Below are positions 1 to 8,819 of a stretch of DNA of 32,473 nucleotides, piece after piece. The notes under the pieces are model-generated. The model was not told the origin of the DNA. It did no database searches and saw only the letters and a program-made list of their open reading frames with translations. The stretch spans positions 246,572 through 279,044 of the forward strand of contig JBOEGD010000002.1 in the NCBI GenBank assembly GCA_050633245.1. Reading direction: 5' to 3'. Made by a program: the position numbers and the translations under genes. The stretch is from Calditrichia bacterium. GTDB taxonomy: Bacteria > Calditrichota > Calditrichia > RBG-13-44-9 > J075. The stretch's first letter is position 1; each line of letters begins with the position of its first letter.

Positions 1-71
1 TGCCGTTTGTTAGTTGCCGTTTTCTCTCCCACCCGCCAAGTCGCCCCCTCATTCTTTTTCGTGATATGCGT

Positions 72-854
72 CTATTTCTCCAACGCTGTGCCAACAGCTT
101 CCCCCCTGAGCGCATCAACCACATCACGCCAGTGGATAATTCGTGCCTCTACAACACCAGCAGTTCGCGCGGCAAATCCATTGCTCAACTTGGGCAGCAT
201 GCCCGCCGAGATTGTGCCGCTTTTTGCCAGGGTCGTAAAATCTTTCTGGCTCAGCTCTGCAATAACAGATTGCTCGTCTTGAGGATCTTTCAAAACACCC
301 GATTTGTCAAAACAAAGCAGCAAGCGAACGCGAAAATTCTTTGTTAACGAGGCTGCGATTGTTGCGGCAATTGTATCGGCATTGGTGTTTAGCAAACCAT
401 GCGTTTTATCGAAGGAAAGTGGGGCAACAACCGGCGTTATCTGAAACGACAGCAGCTGTGATATCAGATTGACATTGACCGAATAGATATCACCGACATA
501 GCCGAAATTGATTTCTGCTTCCCGCTTCTTTCCACAAATCAGCTCACCATCCGCACCGCTAAGGCCGAGCGCGTTGCAACCTGACTGCTGAAGCTCGGAA
601 ACAATCTGCTTGTTCAACAGTCCACCATAAACCATCAATGCGACATCGCGCATTTCAGACGTTGTAATTCGTCTACCATCTATGAAGTTGCTTTCAACAC
701 CAAGTTTTTCTGCAACATCCGTCGCTGTACTACCACCACCATGAACCAATAAGCGCAGCTGCTGAATCGCTGCAACACTGGCAAGAGCTTCACGTCGATG
801 CGCTTCATCCGCTAAAACCGCCCCACCAAACTTAAGAACGACTAACTCTTCCAT
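72..854 (-). CDS. argB: Acetylglutamate kinase
   Basis: Motifs VLKFGG, VHGGG, GRRIT, GYVGDI, LNTNADT and GMLPKL. Start moved from the track's 896 to ATG 854 (MEELVVLKFGG), which overlaps the argD stop. Confidence 0.93.
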   Translation of the reverse strand: MEELVVLKFGGAVLADEAHRREALASVAAIQQLRLLVHGGGSTATDVAEKLGVESNFIDGRRITTSEMRDVALMVYGGLLNKQIVSELQQSGCNALGLSGADGELICGKKREAEINFGYVGDIYSVNVNLISQLLSFQITPVVAPLSFDKTHGLLNTNADTIAATIAASLTKNFRVRLLLCFDKSGVLKDPQDEQSVIAELSQKDFTTLAKSGTISAGMLPKLSNGFAARTAGVVEARIIHWRDVVDALRGEAVGTALEK

Positions 855-1981
855 AAGGCCAACTCGTTCTTTAAGCCACGAAGAAAAACATCGCACTCTT
901 CATGTCCAATTGTCAGTGGCGGTAAAAGGCGCAATACATTTCTATTGGAAGAGCTACCGCAAAATATGCCCTGTTCAAAGAGTAGTCGGCGGCGTAACTC
1001 AGCTATCGGACGATCAAACTCCAGACCAATCATTAATCCTTTGCCGCGAATCTCTTTTACTGCAGGATGAATTCCCGAGAGCTTTGCCAGTAAATAGTGA
1101 CCTGTTTCAACAGCATTCCGCATTAAGTCCTCCTGCTCAATCACGTCCAAAACAGCCAGTCCGGCCGCACAGGCAAGGTGATTACCGCCAAAAGTAGTTC
1201 CCAGTAAACCATGGCGCGCTTTAAATTGTGGTCCAATAAGCACCCCACCTATCGGAAAACCGTTGCCCATGCCTTTGGCAACGGTAACCAGGTCGGCTTC
1301 AATTTTCGCGTGTTGATGCGCAAAAAATTTTCCGCTCCTTCCATAGCCAGACTGCACCTCATCCAGAATAAGAACGGTGCCGGTTTCATGCGTTGCTTGT
1401 CGTATGATTTGCAGAAATCCGGCTTCCGGGGTCACGATTCCGCCAACGCCTTGAATGCCCTCAATAATGACTGCGGCAATCGTTTTGCTTTTCAGCTCAC
1501 GGCAAAGCGCATCGACGTCACCAAGCTGCAAAAGCACCGTTTCCTGCTGAGCATTCAATGGTGAGATAATGCGCGAATTATCCGTGACGGCAACCGCAGC
1601 AGATGTGCGCCCGTGGAACCCGCCCCTAAATGCGAGAACCCTTCGGCGATCGGTATGAAAGGATGCTAATTTTAACGCATTCTCAATCGCTTCTGCACCG
1701 GAATTTACCAGAAAGACCGAAAAGCCCTTATAGCCAGACGCTTCGATTAAACGAGACGCAAGCTTTTCTTGCGGTGCGTTAACTACCGAGTTAGAATAAA
1801 ATCCGAGCTCTGCAGATTGAGTGGCAATGGATTTTAGATAATGAGGGTGTGCGTGTCCTATTGAGATTACTGCGTGACCACCATAGAAATCCAGATAACG
1901 CCGTCCAGTGGCATCCCATATCCAGGCGCCTTCGCCGCGCACCGGCTCTATATCGAAAAGTGGATAAACATCAAAAAGCAT
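842..1981 (-). CDS. argD: Acetylornithine aminotransferase (class III PLP aminotransferase)
   Basis: YLDFYGGHAV, NSGAEAIENA, FHGRT, DEVQSG, AKGMGNGFP and GTTFGGN motifs. AGGAG SD upstream; lies between argC and argB. Confidence 0.92.
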   Translation of the reverse strand: MLFDVYPLFDIEPVRGEGAWIWDATGRRYLDFYGGHAVISIGHAHPHYLKSIATQSAELGFYSNSVVNAPQEKLASRLIEASGYKGFSVFLVNSGAEAIENALKLASFHTDRRRVLAFRGGFHGRTSAAVAVTDNSRIISPLNAQQETVLLQLGDVDALCRELKSKTIAAVIIEGIQGVGGIVTPEAGFLQIIRQATHETGTVLILDEVQSGYGRSGKFFAHQHAKIEADLVTVAKGMGNGFPIGGVLIGPQFKARHGLLGTTFGGNHLACAAGLAVLDVIEQEDLMRNAVETGHYLLAKLSGIHPAVKEIRGKGLMIGLEFDRPIAELRRRLLFEQGIFCGSSSNRNVLRLLPPLTIGHEECDVFLRGLKNELALWKS

Positions 1982-1990
1982 TGCACTCTC

Positions 1991-2953
1991 CTAAAAAGCT
2001 GCAGCCTTAAAGTGCAGAAAGCTGCACTCTTCCAGACCGAACATCAAATTCATGTTCTGCACCGCCTGCCCGGCTGCCCCCTTTAACAGATTATCAATTG
2101 CACTGGTTATCAACAGCATGTCGCCTTGCTTCTCCAGATGCAGAAAGCAACGATTGGTATTAACCACCGGCTTCAAACCAACATGTTCATCCAACACTTC
2201 AACAAAAGGATGAATCGTATAATATCCCGAGTACAACTTCTTGGCTGCAGCAATATCAAGGTCTGATTTCATATAAACGGATGCCAGAATACCACGTGTA
2301 AAGTTACCGCGATAGGGAATGAAATGGATTGCTCCGTCGTATCCTTTTTGCAATTTTTTCAAGGTTCGTCCCATCTCGGCAAGATGTTGATGAGCAAATG
2401 GCTTGTAGACAGAGACCTGACCGCTTCGCCAGCTAAAGTGGCTGGTTTCGGTTAGCCGTTGACCAGCGCCACTACTACCGGTAATTGCGCTAACATGAAT
2501 ATCATCAGACAGTGCATTTGCAGCAGCAAGCGGCAGCAATGCCAATTGAACGGCCGTTGCAAAACAACCTGGATTAGCGACCTTGTGAGCAGTAATAATG
2601 GACTGGCGATATGCCTCCGGCAACCCGTACTCAAATTCATCATCATCACGAAAGTCCTGGCTTAAGTCAATGATCTTAACAGACAATGCAGGCGGATGCT
2701 CGGCTAAAAAGCGGCGCGACTCACCATGCCCCATGCACAAAAACAACACATCGAACTCCCCGGCAATCGACTCTTGAAAGACCAATTCCGTATCGCCGTA
2801 AAGGTCTGAATGTGCTGCTGAAACGGGTTTTCCGGCATGACTTCTACTTTGCACACAAACAATTTTGGCCTTAGCATGTTTTAGCAAAATGCGAAGTAAT
2901 TCCCCGCCTGTATAGCCGGCACCGCCGGCAATTGCGACTCGTATTTTTTCCAT
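1991..2953 (-). CDS. argC: N-acetyl-gamma-glutamyl-phosphate reductase
   Basis: GGAGYTGGEL Rossmann motif, catalytic ANPGCF, GSSGAG and IDNLLKGAAGQAVQN. The start is ATG 2953 or TTG 2962. Confidence 0.95.
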   Translation of the reverse strand: MEKIRVAIAGGAGYTGGELLRILLKHAKAKIVCVQSRSHAGKPVSAAHSDLYGDTELVFQESIAGEFDVLFLCMGHGESRRFLAEHPPALSVKIIDLSQDFRDDDEFEYGLPEAYRQSIITAHKVANPGCFATAVQLALLPLAAANALSDDIHVSAITGSSGAGQRLTETSHFSWRSGQVSVYKPFAHQHLAEMGRTLKKLQKGYDGAIHFIPYRGNFTRGILASVYMKSDLDIAAAKKLYSGYYTIHPFVEVLDEHVGLKPVVNTNRCFLHLEKQGDMLLITSAIDNLLKGAAGQAVQNMNLMFGLEECSFLHFKAAAF

Positions 2954-2984
2954 TACAAACAACGTCCTCTTCTTCGAATTGGGA

Positions 2985-4757
2985 TTAACTCTCCCGGTTA
3001 ATGCGGTGGAACAACATGGCCTGATTTGCTAAGATCTTCGAAAAGCCGCGGACATCCTCGCCGCTCCAGGCGCTGTTCATTTCACCGTAAGTTGCAATAT
3101 CACTCGTCATCAAATCATTCGGAGAGCTAATTCCCAGAGTTTGGAAATTCTGTTCACGTAATCTGACAAAGACTGTTCCACATACCTGAGATTGACTATC
3201 TTGTAAAAAAGTTTCAATATTTCGCATAACCGGATCCAGAAACTGTCCTTCATGCAGCAGGTTTCCATACCAGCTTGCCAGCTGATCCTTCCAATATATT
3301 TGCCACTTCGTAAGCACGTGTTTTTCCAAAAGCTGATGTGCTTTCAGAATAATCATTGGCGCAGCCGCTTCGAATCCAACCCGGCCCTTGATTCCGATAA
3401 TCGTGTCACCTACATGAATATCACGGCCAATTCCGTAGGGGCCAGCCAATTTCTCCAGCGCCTGGATCGCATGCACCGGGTTGTCGTAGCGCTGCCGGTT
3501 CACCGCAACTGGCTCACCGTTCACATATTCTATTTCTACAGTTTCTTCACCCTGTTTGCTTGCCGCGGTCGGGTAGGCGTCATCCGGCAAATGGCCATCG
3601 GAAGTGAGCGTTTCGATACCACCAACGGACGTTCCCCATAATCCCTTATTGATAGAGTAGCGGGCCTTCGACCAGTCTTGTTTAACACCTTTCGACTTAA
3701 GATAGTCAATTGAATCCTGTCTTGACAGCTGTTGATCTCGTATCGGCGTCAGAATAGCCGCATCAGGTAGCATAATATGAAAAATCATATCAAAGCGCAC
3801 CTGATCATTGCCTGCACCTGTACTGCCATGCGCGATGTAGCCCGCATTTACCTCACGGGCGTATTCCGCAACAGCAACCGCCTGAAAGGCGCGTTCAGAA
3901 CTTACAGAAAGCGGGTATGTATGATTTTTAAGAATATTTCCATAAATAAGAAAACGCACGCAGTCTTGATAAAATTCATTGGTTTTATCGAGAGACAGAT
4001 GCTTTGTGGATCCCAGTGCTAACGCATGTTTTTCGATATCCTCCAGTTCATCCGCTGAAAAACCACCGGTGTTTACGGTTACGGTATGAACCTCCAGCCC
4101 CTTATCCTCACTCAGATACTTCACACAATAGGACGTATCCAGCCCACCGCTGAAGGCTAAAACAACGCGACGATTTTGCGAAGCCGTCATTTTCACTGCA
4201 TTTTGAGCCGCCGGATCGAATAACAGTCCCGTACAGAGACAATGTTTGCGATTGTTTCGCTGCAGGATATCAAAGTTTTTACAGGTAGCACAGCCGTTCC
4301 AGAACTCATCATCTGCGGTCAACTCAGAAAAAGGTACAGGACGATAACCCAGCTCAGAGTTCATCTTCATAACAGCATGGCTGGTTGTAATAGAAAAGAT
4401 TCTCGATTTTGGAAAGAGCTTACGGGAGAGTTCGAACGCCGCCTGTTTAATTACTTTCCCCAGACGCACCTTTCGAAAACTGGGTGCTACAATCAATCCG
4501 GAATTCGCCACATATTTTCCATGCGTCCAGGTTTCAATATAGCAGAAACCGGCTAACCGGCCATCCTTGTGCAGAGCAATAATCGCCTTTCCTTCCGACA
4601 TCTTGTCGGCGATATATTCCGGCGTTCTACTGGCAATTCCAATTGCACGCTCATGCGCACTTTCCGTAATCATGCTGCTGACAGCTTCAGCATAATTAAC
4701 GTATTTGCTACTGGCAACAGTAACGATAAAGTCTTCTAACTGCAACTCGGTATTCAT
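2985..4757 (-). CDS. argG: Argininosuccinate synthase with an N-terminally fused GNAT acetyltransferase domain (putative ArgA-like N-acylglutamate synthase)
   Basis: C-terminal ~400 aa has LAFSGGLDTS, HGSTGAGNDQVRF and GIKGRVGFE. N-terminal ~190 aa is GNAT-like (GFCYIETW, NSGLIV..FRK..LG, CxxC..CxC). One uninterrupted ORF; ATG 4757 has a GGGAG SD. Confidence 0.9.
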   Translation of the reverse strand: MNTELQLEDFIVTVASSKYVNYAEAVSSMITESAHERAIGIASRTPEYIADKMSEGKAIIALHKDGRLAGFCYIETWTHGKYVANSGLIVAPSFRKVRLGKVIKQAAFELSRKLFPKSRIFSITTSHAVMKMNSELGYRPVPFSELTADDEFWNGCATCKNFDILQRNNRKHCLCTGLLFDPAAQNAVKMTASQNRRVVLAFSGGLDTSYCVKYLSEDKGLEVHTVTVNTGGFSADELEDIEKHALALGSTKHLSLDKTNEFYQDCVRFLIYGNILKNHTYPLSVSSERAFQAVAVAEYAREVNAGYIAHGSTGAGNDQVRFDMIFHIMLPDAAILTPIRDQQLSRQDSIDYLKSKGVKQDWSKARYSINKGLWGTSVGGIETLTSDGHLPDDAYPTAASKQGEETVEIEYVNGEPVAVNRQRYDNPVHAIQALEKLAGPYGIGRDIHVGDTIIGIKGRVGFEAAAPMIILKAHQLLEKHVLTKWQIYWKDQLASWYGNLLHEGQFLDPVMRNIETFLQDSQSQVCGTVFVRLREQNFQTLGISSPNDLMTSDIATYGEMNSAWSGEDVRGFSKILANQAMLFHRINRES

Positions 4758-4869
4758 TATATCTCCCAATGAATATGATGTTTTTTCGGCATTGTTGATG
4801 CAACATGCTTGCGCGTCCGAAATTTCGGAGCGAAAAATTACATTAAGGGTGCGGGATTGATATGTTAGA

Positions 4870-4968
4870 TTATAGTAGACCGAGGGGTCTACGACGGAAA
4901 ATGCGGCGGGACGTACGGATGATTACGTTTGGCTGGCCAACACTGGTGTTTTGAGAAACTAAAGCCAT
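4870..4968 (-). CDS. Putative Arg-rich leader (attenuator) peptide, 32 aa: MALVSQNTSVGQPNVIIRTSRRIFRRRPLGLL
   Basis: Hand-translated from ATG 4968 to TAA 4872-4870. Six Arg codons fall in codons 18-27. It lies between the promoter and the first arg gene and is too short for the ORF track. Confidence 0.7.
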   Translation of the reverse strand: MALVSQNTSVGQPNVIIRTSRRIFRRRPLGLL

Positions 4969-5007
4969 AACGTTTTTTGTGCCTTTATTTAAAGTATGTA
5001 TGCTCAA

Positions 5008-5036
5008 AATATAGCCATGACAGTTCTCGGAGTCAA
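5008..5036 (-). promoter_or_regulatory. sigma70-type promoter of the arg leader/operon
   Basis: TTGACT (5036-5031), 17-nt spacer, TATATT (5013-5008), about 40 nt upstream of the leader ATG. Confidence 0.7.
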
Positions 5037-5114
5037 GATGAAAAAGGTACGAGCCTGAAGAGGTGTATTATTTGTTCTTTTTTTAATATTATCACATAAA
5101 ACTCGCCAGATTTA

Positions 5115-5143
5115 TTGCTATTGCACTGCAAGTTAACTATTTT
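5115..5143 (+). promoter_or_regulatory. Possible sigma70-type promoter for the hydrolase gene run
   Basis: TTGCTA-N17-TATTTT in an AT-rich divergent intergenic region; imperfect consensus. Confidence 0.3.
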
Positions 5144-5235
5144 TTTATGTTCGGATTTGTCAAAATCCTCTCTCCTTACTCTGCCACTACCGAACGTCTA
5201 TTGACAATCCGCGAAACTTACTTTCAGGAGTCATA

Positions 5236-6480
5236 ATGAAACATATAATCTCAATAGGAACAATTGGCTTAATTCTGCTTCTGGCAATTGTGTTTTTCAG
5301 CCAGAAGGTTGAGAGCGAACAGCAGCTGAGTTCACTGCAGCTATTGTCTTCAGCGGATGCTGATTTAATAGAAACAACGCATTTTCTGGCGGATAATAAC
5401 GGTCGACCCAGCGTGCTAATACAGCAGCGCTCCAGAAAGGCGCTTCTTCTTACAACCGATAAAAACAACGCAGCAAGCCGGATTGAGCTTGCCGAAGAGA
5501 ATATTGTCCGCAGTGAAGTCTCGTCCGGCGGAAGTTGGTTTGCACTGGCTGAACTAAACCAATCGCCAGAGCGAACGCTGGAGATCTCAGTCTACAATAA
5601 TTCCGGCGCGAAACAGTATACAATTTTACGCCCGCAGCCTGACGATGTGCAAATCCCGGGACTCCATCTGATTGAAGTAGATGGTTCGCTAATTATTAGT
5701 GATGCGGCGAATGCCCTACTCTATCGCTATGATAATTCGGGAAATTTACTTCAGACCATAACACTTTTTGAAGAGGCAGAATACGACCTCGAGCGCGTGG
5801 TTGATGTCTCGGTTGCAGCGGAAACCGGTCATTTTGCCGTTGCAGCGGGTAAACATGCCAGCGCACCAGCAGGTTCAGCTTCGCTTAAGCCAGATGCTGA
5901 TCCACAGTTATTCTACTTCAACAAGCAGGGTGAGAATCAGTGGACAACTGCACTGGACGGCTATAATACCCTGAAGTGTGAAATTGCTCCCGATGCCTCG
6001 CACATCGCGGTGGGAAGCTATACCGTATATTCTGACAAAGCAATGCACCGGGTCACTGCCGTAGTAGATAATCAGGCGAACTTTGTTTTCAGTGATGATC
6101 GCCTGTTCAAAGACGCGGTTTTCAGTGCAGACTCACGCTTTCTACTACTTACAGAAAATCAGTACGCTCAGTTAGTCGATCTGACAAATCACGATCAGGA
6201 TTGGGAGAAGAACATCCCACGTGAGCAGGGCGTCATTCTCGAACGCTCTATTCGTCCCAATGGTGGTGAAGTTGCGTTTCTTGTTGCAAAACAAATTTTT
6301 CAGGAAGATCGATTCCTTTTCACCAATCCTCAGGTTTTACGCATTATCGATGGTGAACTGCAAAATCAACGCCCGGTGGCAGATAGTCCGGCAGGTGTAT
6401 TAGCAATTGGATATGCTAAAGATAATTCCTTCCAAATGCTGCTTAACAATGGTGTTTTATCCACCAGCAGGGAAAACTAG
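5236..6480 (+). CDS. Exported or membrane-anchored hypothetical protein, probable beta-propeller
   Basis: AGGAG SD; N-terminal hydrophobic segment; repeated blade-like motifs (VSSGGSWFAL, IAPDASHIAV, FSADSRFLLL, IRPNGGEVAF). The stop is 2 nt before the next ATG. Confidence 0.7.
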   Translation: MKHIISIGTIGLILLLAIVFFSQKVESEQQLSSLQLLSSADADLIETTHFLADNNGRPSVLIQQRSRKALLLTTDKNNAASRIELAEENIVRSEVSSGGSWFALAELNQSPERTLEISVYNNSGAKQYTILRPQPDDVQIPGLHLIEVDGSLIISDAANALLYRYDNSGNLLQTITLFEEAEYDLERVVDVSVAAETGHFAVAAGKHASAPAGSASLKPDADPQLFYFNKQGENQWTTALDGYNTLKCEIAPDASHIAVGSYTVYSDKAMHRVTAVVDNQANFVFSDDRLFKDAVFSADSRFLLLTENQYAQLVDLTNHDQDWEKNIPREQGVILERSIRPNGGEVAFLVAKQIFQEDRFLFTNPQVLRIIDGELQNQRPVADSPAGVLAIGYAKDNSFQMLLNNGVLSTSREN

Positions 6481-6482
6481 AT

Positions 6483-8729
6483 ATGAAAAAATATTACATA
6501 CAGCTACTGCTTCTCGCACTCACGTTGCCACTTTTTGCCCAAACGCAATGGCCGTGGCCGGTTACACCCTTTAATTCTCCGCAATACGCAACCGGTACAT
6601 TTGCCGAGTATCGCAGCACCAGCGTAAATGGACACTTCCACAGCGGGACGGATATTCCGAAAGCGGATGGTTCACCGGTATTTCCGGTAAAAGATGGCGT
6701 CGTGGTCAGCCTCTCGAGTGTTGGCTCCAGCGCATTTGTACGCGTTGATGATATCGCCTATGTCCATATTCTTCCGAATGGAACGCTTTCCATTGGCGAT
6801 TCCGTTTTCGCTCAACAGACTCCGCTCGGCACAATACTGCCGGGTTTGGGACATGTGCACTTTACCAATGGGTTTGTTGGTTCGGAGAAGAACAGCATGT
6901 TGCCGAATATCGGACTTACACCCCTCGAAGATCCGTGGGCACCAAAGATTCGTTTTATTCGCTTCTTTCAGGATAATACAGATAATGAGTTTTCCGGTGG
7001 AGAAGTTAGTGGACTCATCGATATCGTTGTAAAAGTGGATGAGCAAAATAATGCGCCCGGCTCTTCAACATCGCAGTTGAACAATGGTGCCTATCGTGTC
7101 GGCTACAAAATTCTGGCGGCAGACTCGCAAACCATTGTTATTGAGCCACCTAATAACGGGGTTAAGTTTCAGTTTGATACGAAACCCAACAACGGCATCG
7201 TTAACACCGTATTTAAGCGAAGCCTCTCCAGCACAACCAGTCATACTTATCAGGTTACCAACAGTCTTACCGGCAGTGGATTTTGGAATGCCTCGGCCCT
7301 GCCGGAAACAACATATGTGGTAATGGCTTTTGCGGAAGACACTCGCGGCAATACCGACACGCTTTATCAGGCAGTCAGAACTGCCGATGCGGATCTGGAA
7401 GCTCCGGCACAGCCCAGCTTCCGCTATCTGCGCGAAGCAGCAAGCGGCGGACTTGAGATTGCTTGGAATCCCAGTGATGCGATTGATTTACTTGGCTATC
7501 GCCTTTATTTCAGCTTCGACAACCTTAGCTGGGACCTGTTTAAGGATGAAAATGTACTGACATCCTCCGTTACCGACACCGTAATTAACCAGGTGCTCAA
7601 TCGCGATGTCTATTTTCGCCTGACCGCTGTAGACGATGCCCCTCAACCCAATGAAAGCGTTATTTCCGATGTGTATGGATTGAGCAATGGAACTGTCGGT
7701 GGTTCAGGAATGAAAGTTCTTGTTGTTGATGGATTCGATCGTATCGATGGTGAATATACCCTCAGCTATCACGACTTTGTCTTTGACTATGCCAGCGAGG
7801 TTCTCGCTAATGGCTTTAGCTTCGACAGCGCACCGAATGAGTCTGTAGAGAATGGTGTTGTTTCACTGGGCGATTACGCTGCTGTCGTTTGGTTTTTAGG
7901 TGATGAATCGACAAGCAGCGAAACCTTTAGCTCCACCGAGCAAATGCTGATAAAGACCTATCTTGAAGCCGGTGGCAATATGCTCATTTCCGGCAGCCGC
8001 GTAGCGTGGGACCTCGATCCCGCCGGTGCCGGGACAGCAACAGCAGATGATCAGCAATTTCTCAATGCTTATCTAAAATCGGCCTATGCGGCAACCGTTA
8101 CACCAAATACCATTAGCGACATCCCCGGCAGAATTTTTTCTACGTTGTCGGCAGACTACAGTCAAACCGGATATCCTGTTCCCGAAGCCGATGCGATAAA
8201 TCAGACATCCGGTGGAATTGCCGGTCTGGCATTTTCTTCCACAACCACCAGCTATGCTGCTACATATTTCGAAGGGAATTTTGGTCAGAGCAGCTCTACC
8301 GGCAGACTAGTATATCTATCCGTACCGTGGGAAACAATGTCTGCAAATGGCGACCGCAGTATTCTTATGAGCGATGCGCTGAGTTTTCTCATTAATCTCG
8401 TCGGAATTGAAGATGAATCAACGAATGGACTGCCACAAAATTTTGCATTACAGCAAAACTATCCGAATCCATTTAATCCAACGACGACGCTTTCCTGGCA
8501 ATTGCCGGAAACAGCAGATGTTACCGTCGAGATTTATAATGCCATCGGGCAGCGAATTGAGACGCTGATAAGTGAGCAGCAAATTGCCGGGAAACATCAG
8601 ATTGTCTGGAATGCCCGTTCAGGAGCAGATGTTGAACTTGCCAGCGGCATCTACATTGTCCGCATGCAGGCAGTCGGCGTATCCGGAAAAATATTTAACA
8701 GCAGTCGCAAAGCCCTGCTCCTGCGATAA
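6483..8729 (+). CDS. Secreted M23-family Zn metallopeptidase with FN3, a shared alpha/beta module and a T9SS/FlgD-Ig C-terminal domain
   Basis: Signal peptide; HSGTD (HxxxD) and HVH (HxH) Zn motifs; FN3-like W..DLLGYRLY..YFRLTAVD; QNYPNPFNP..SGIY tail. Confidence 0.8.
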   Translation: MKKYYIQLLLLALTLPLFAQTQWPWPVTPFNSPQYATGTFAEYRSTSVNGHFHSGTDIPKADGSPVFPVKDGVVVSLSSVGSSAFVRVDDIAYVHILPNGTLSIGDSVFAQQTPLGTILPGLGHVHFTNGFVGSEKNSMLPNIGLTPLEDPWAPKIRFIRFFQDNTDNEFSGGEVSGLIDIVVKVDEQNNAPGSSTSQLNNGAYRVGYKILAADSQTIVIEPPNNGVKFQFDTKPNNGIVNTVFKRSLSSTTSHTYQVTNSLTGSGFWNASALPETTYVVMAFAEDTRGNTDTLYQAVRTADADLEAPAQPSFRYLREAASGGLEIAWNPSDAIDLLGYRLYFSFDNLSWDLFKDENVLTSSVTDTVINQVLNRDVYFRLTAVDDAPQPNESVISDVYGLSNGTVGGSGMKVLVVDGFDRIDGEYTLSYHDFVFDYASEVLANGFSFDSAPNESVENGVVSLGDYAAVVWFLGDESTSSETFSSTEQMLIKTYLEAGGNMLISGSRVAWDLDPAGAGTATADDQQFLNAYLKSAYAATVTPNTISDIPGRIFSTLSADYSQTGYPVPEADAINQTSGGIAGLAFSSTTTSYAATYFEGNFGQSSSTGRLVYLSVPWETMSANGDRSILMSDALSFLINLVGIEDESTNGLPQNFALQQNYPNPFNPTTTLSWQLPETADVTVEIYNAIGQRIETLISEQQIAGKHQIVWNARSGADVELASGIYIVRMQAVGVSGKIFNSSRKALLLR

Positions 8730-8740
8730 TCTTTGACCAA

Positions 8741-8766
8741 ATGGGCGGACATATAGGTCCGCCCAT
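8741..8766. repeat. REP-like palindrome, copy 1
   Basis: ATGGGCGGAC-atatag-GTCCGCCCAT has perfect 10-bp arms; its reverse complement matches the copy at 10529-10553. Confidence 0.65.
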
Positions 8767-8819
8767 AATATTGACGGCCCATTAATTTTAGCCCATAATT
8801 TCCCGCACATGAGAACCTT

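Noticed and set aside
1-71. Start of a further arg gene, or a repeat (TGCCGTTT twice), after argB
   Set aside because: The sequence is too short and truncated by the window edge, and the minus-strand ATG at 52 gives no recognisable protein.
4770-5040. T-box, known riboswitch or ARG boxes upstream of argG
   Set aside because: I could not identify a T-box consensus, a terminator with a U tract or paired ARG boxes by eye. An Rfam scan would be needed to exclude them formally.
5201-5230. TTGACA just upstream of the 5236 gene as a promoter
   Set aside because: There is no acceptable -10 hexamer at 16-18 nt spacing.
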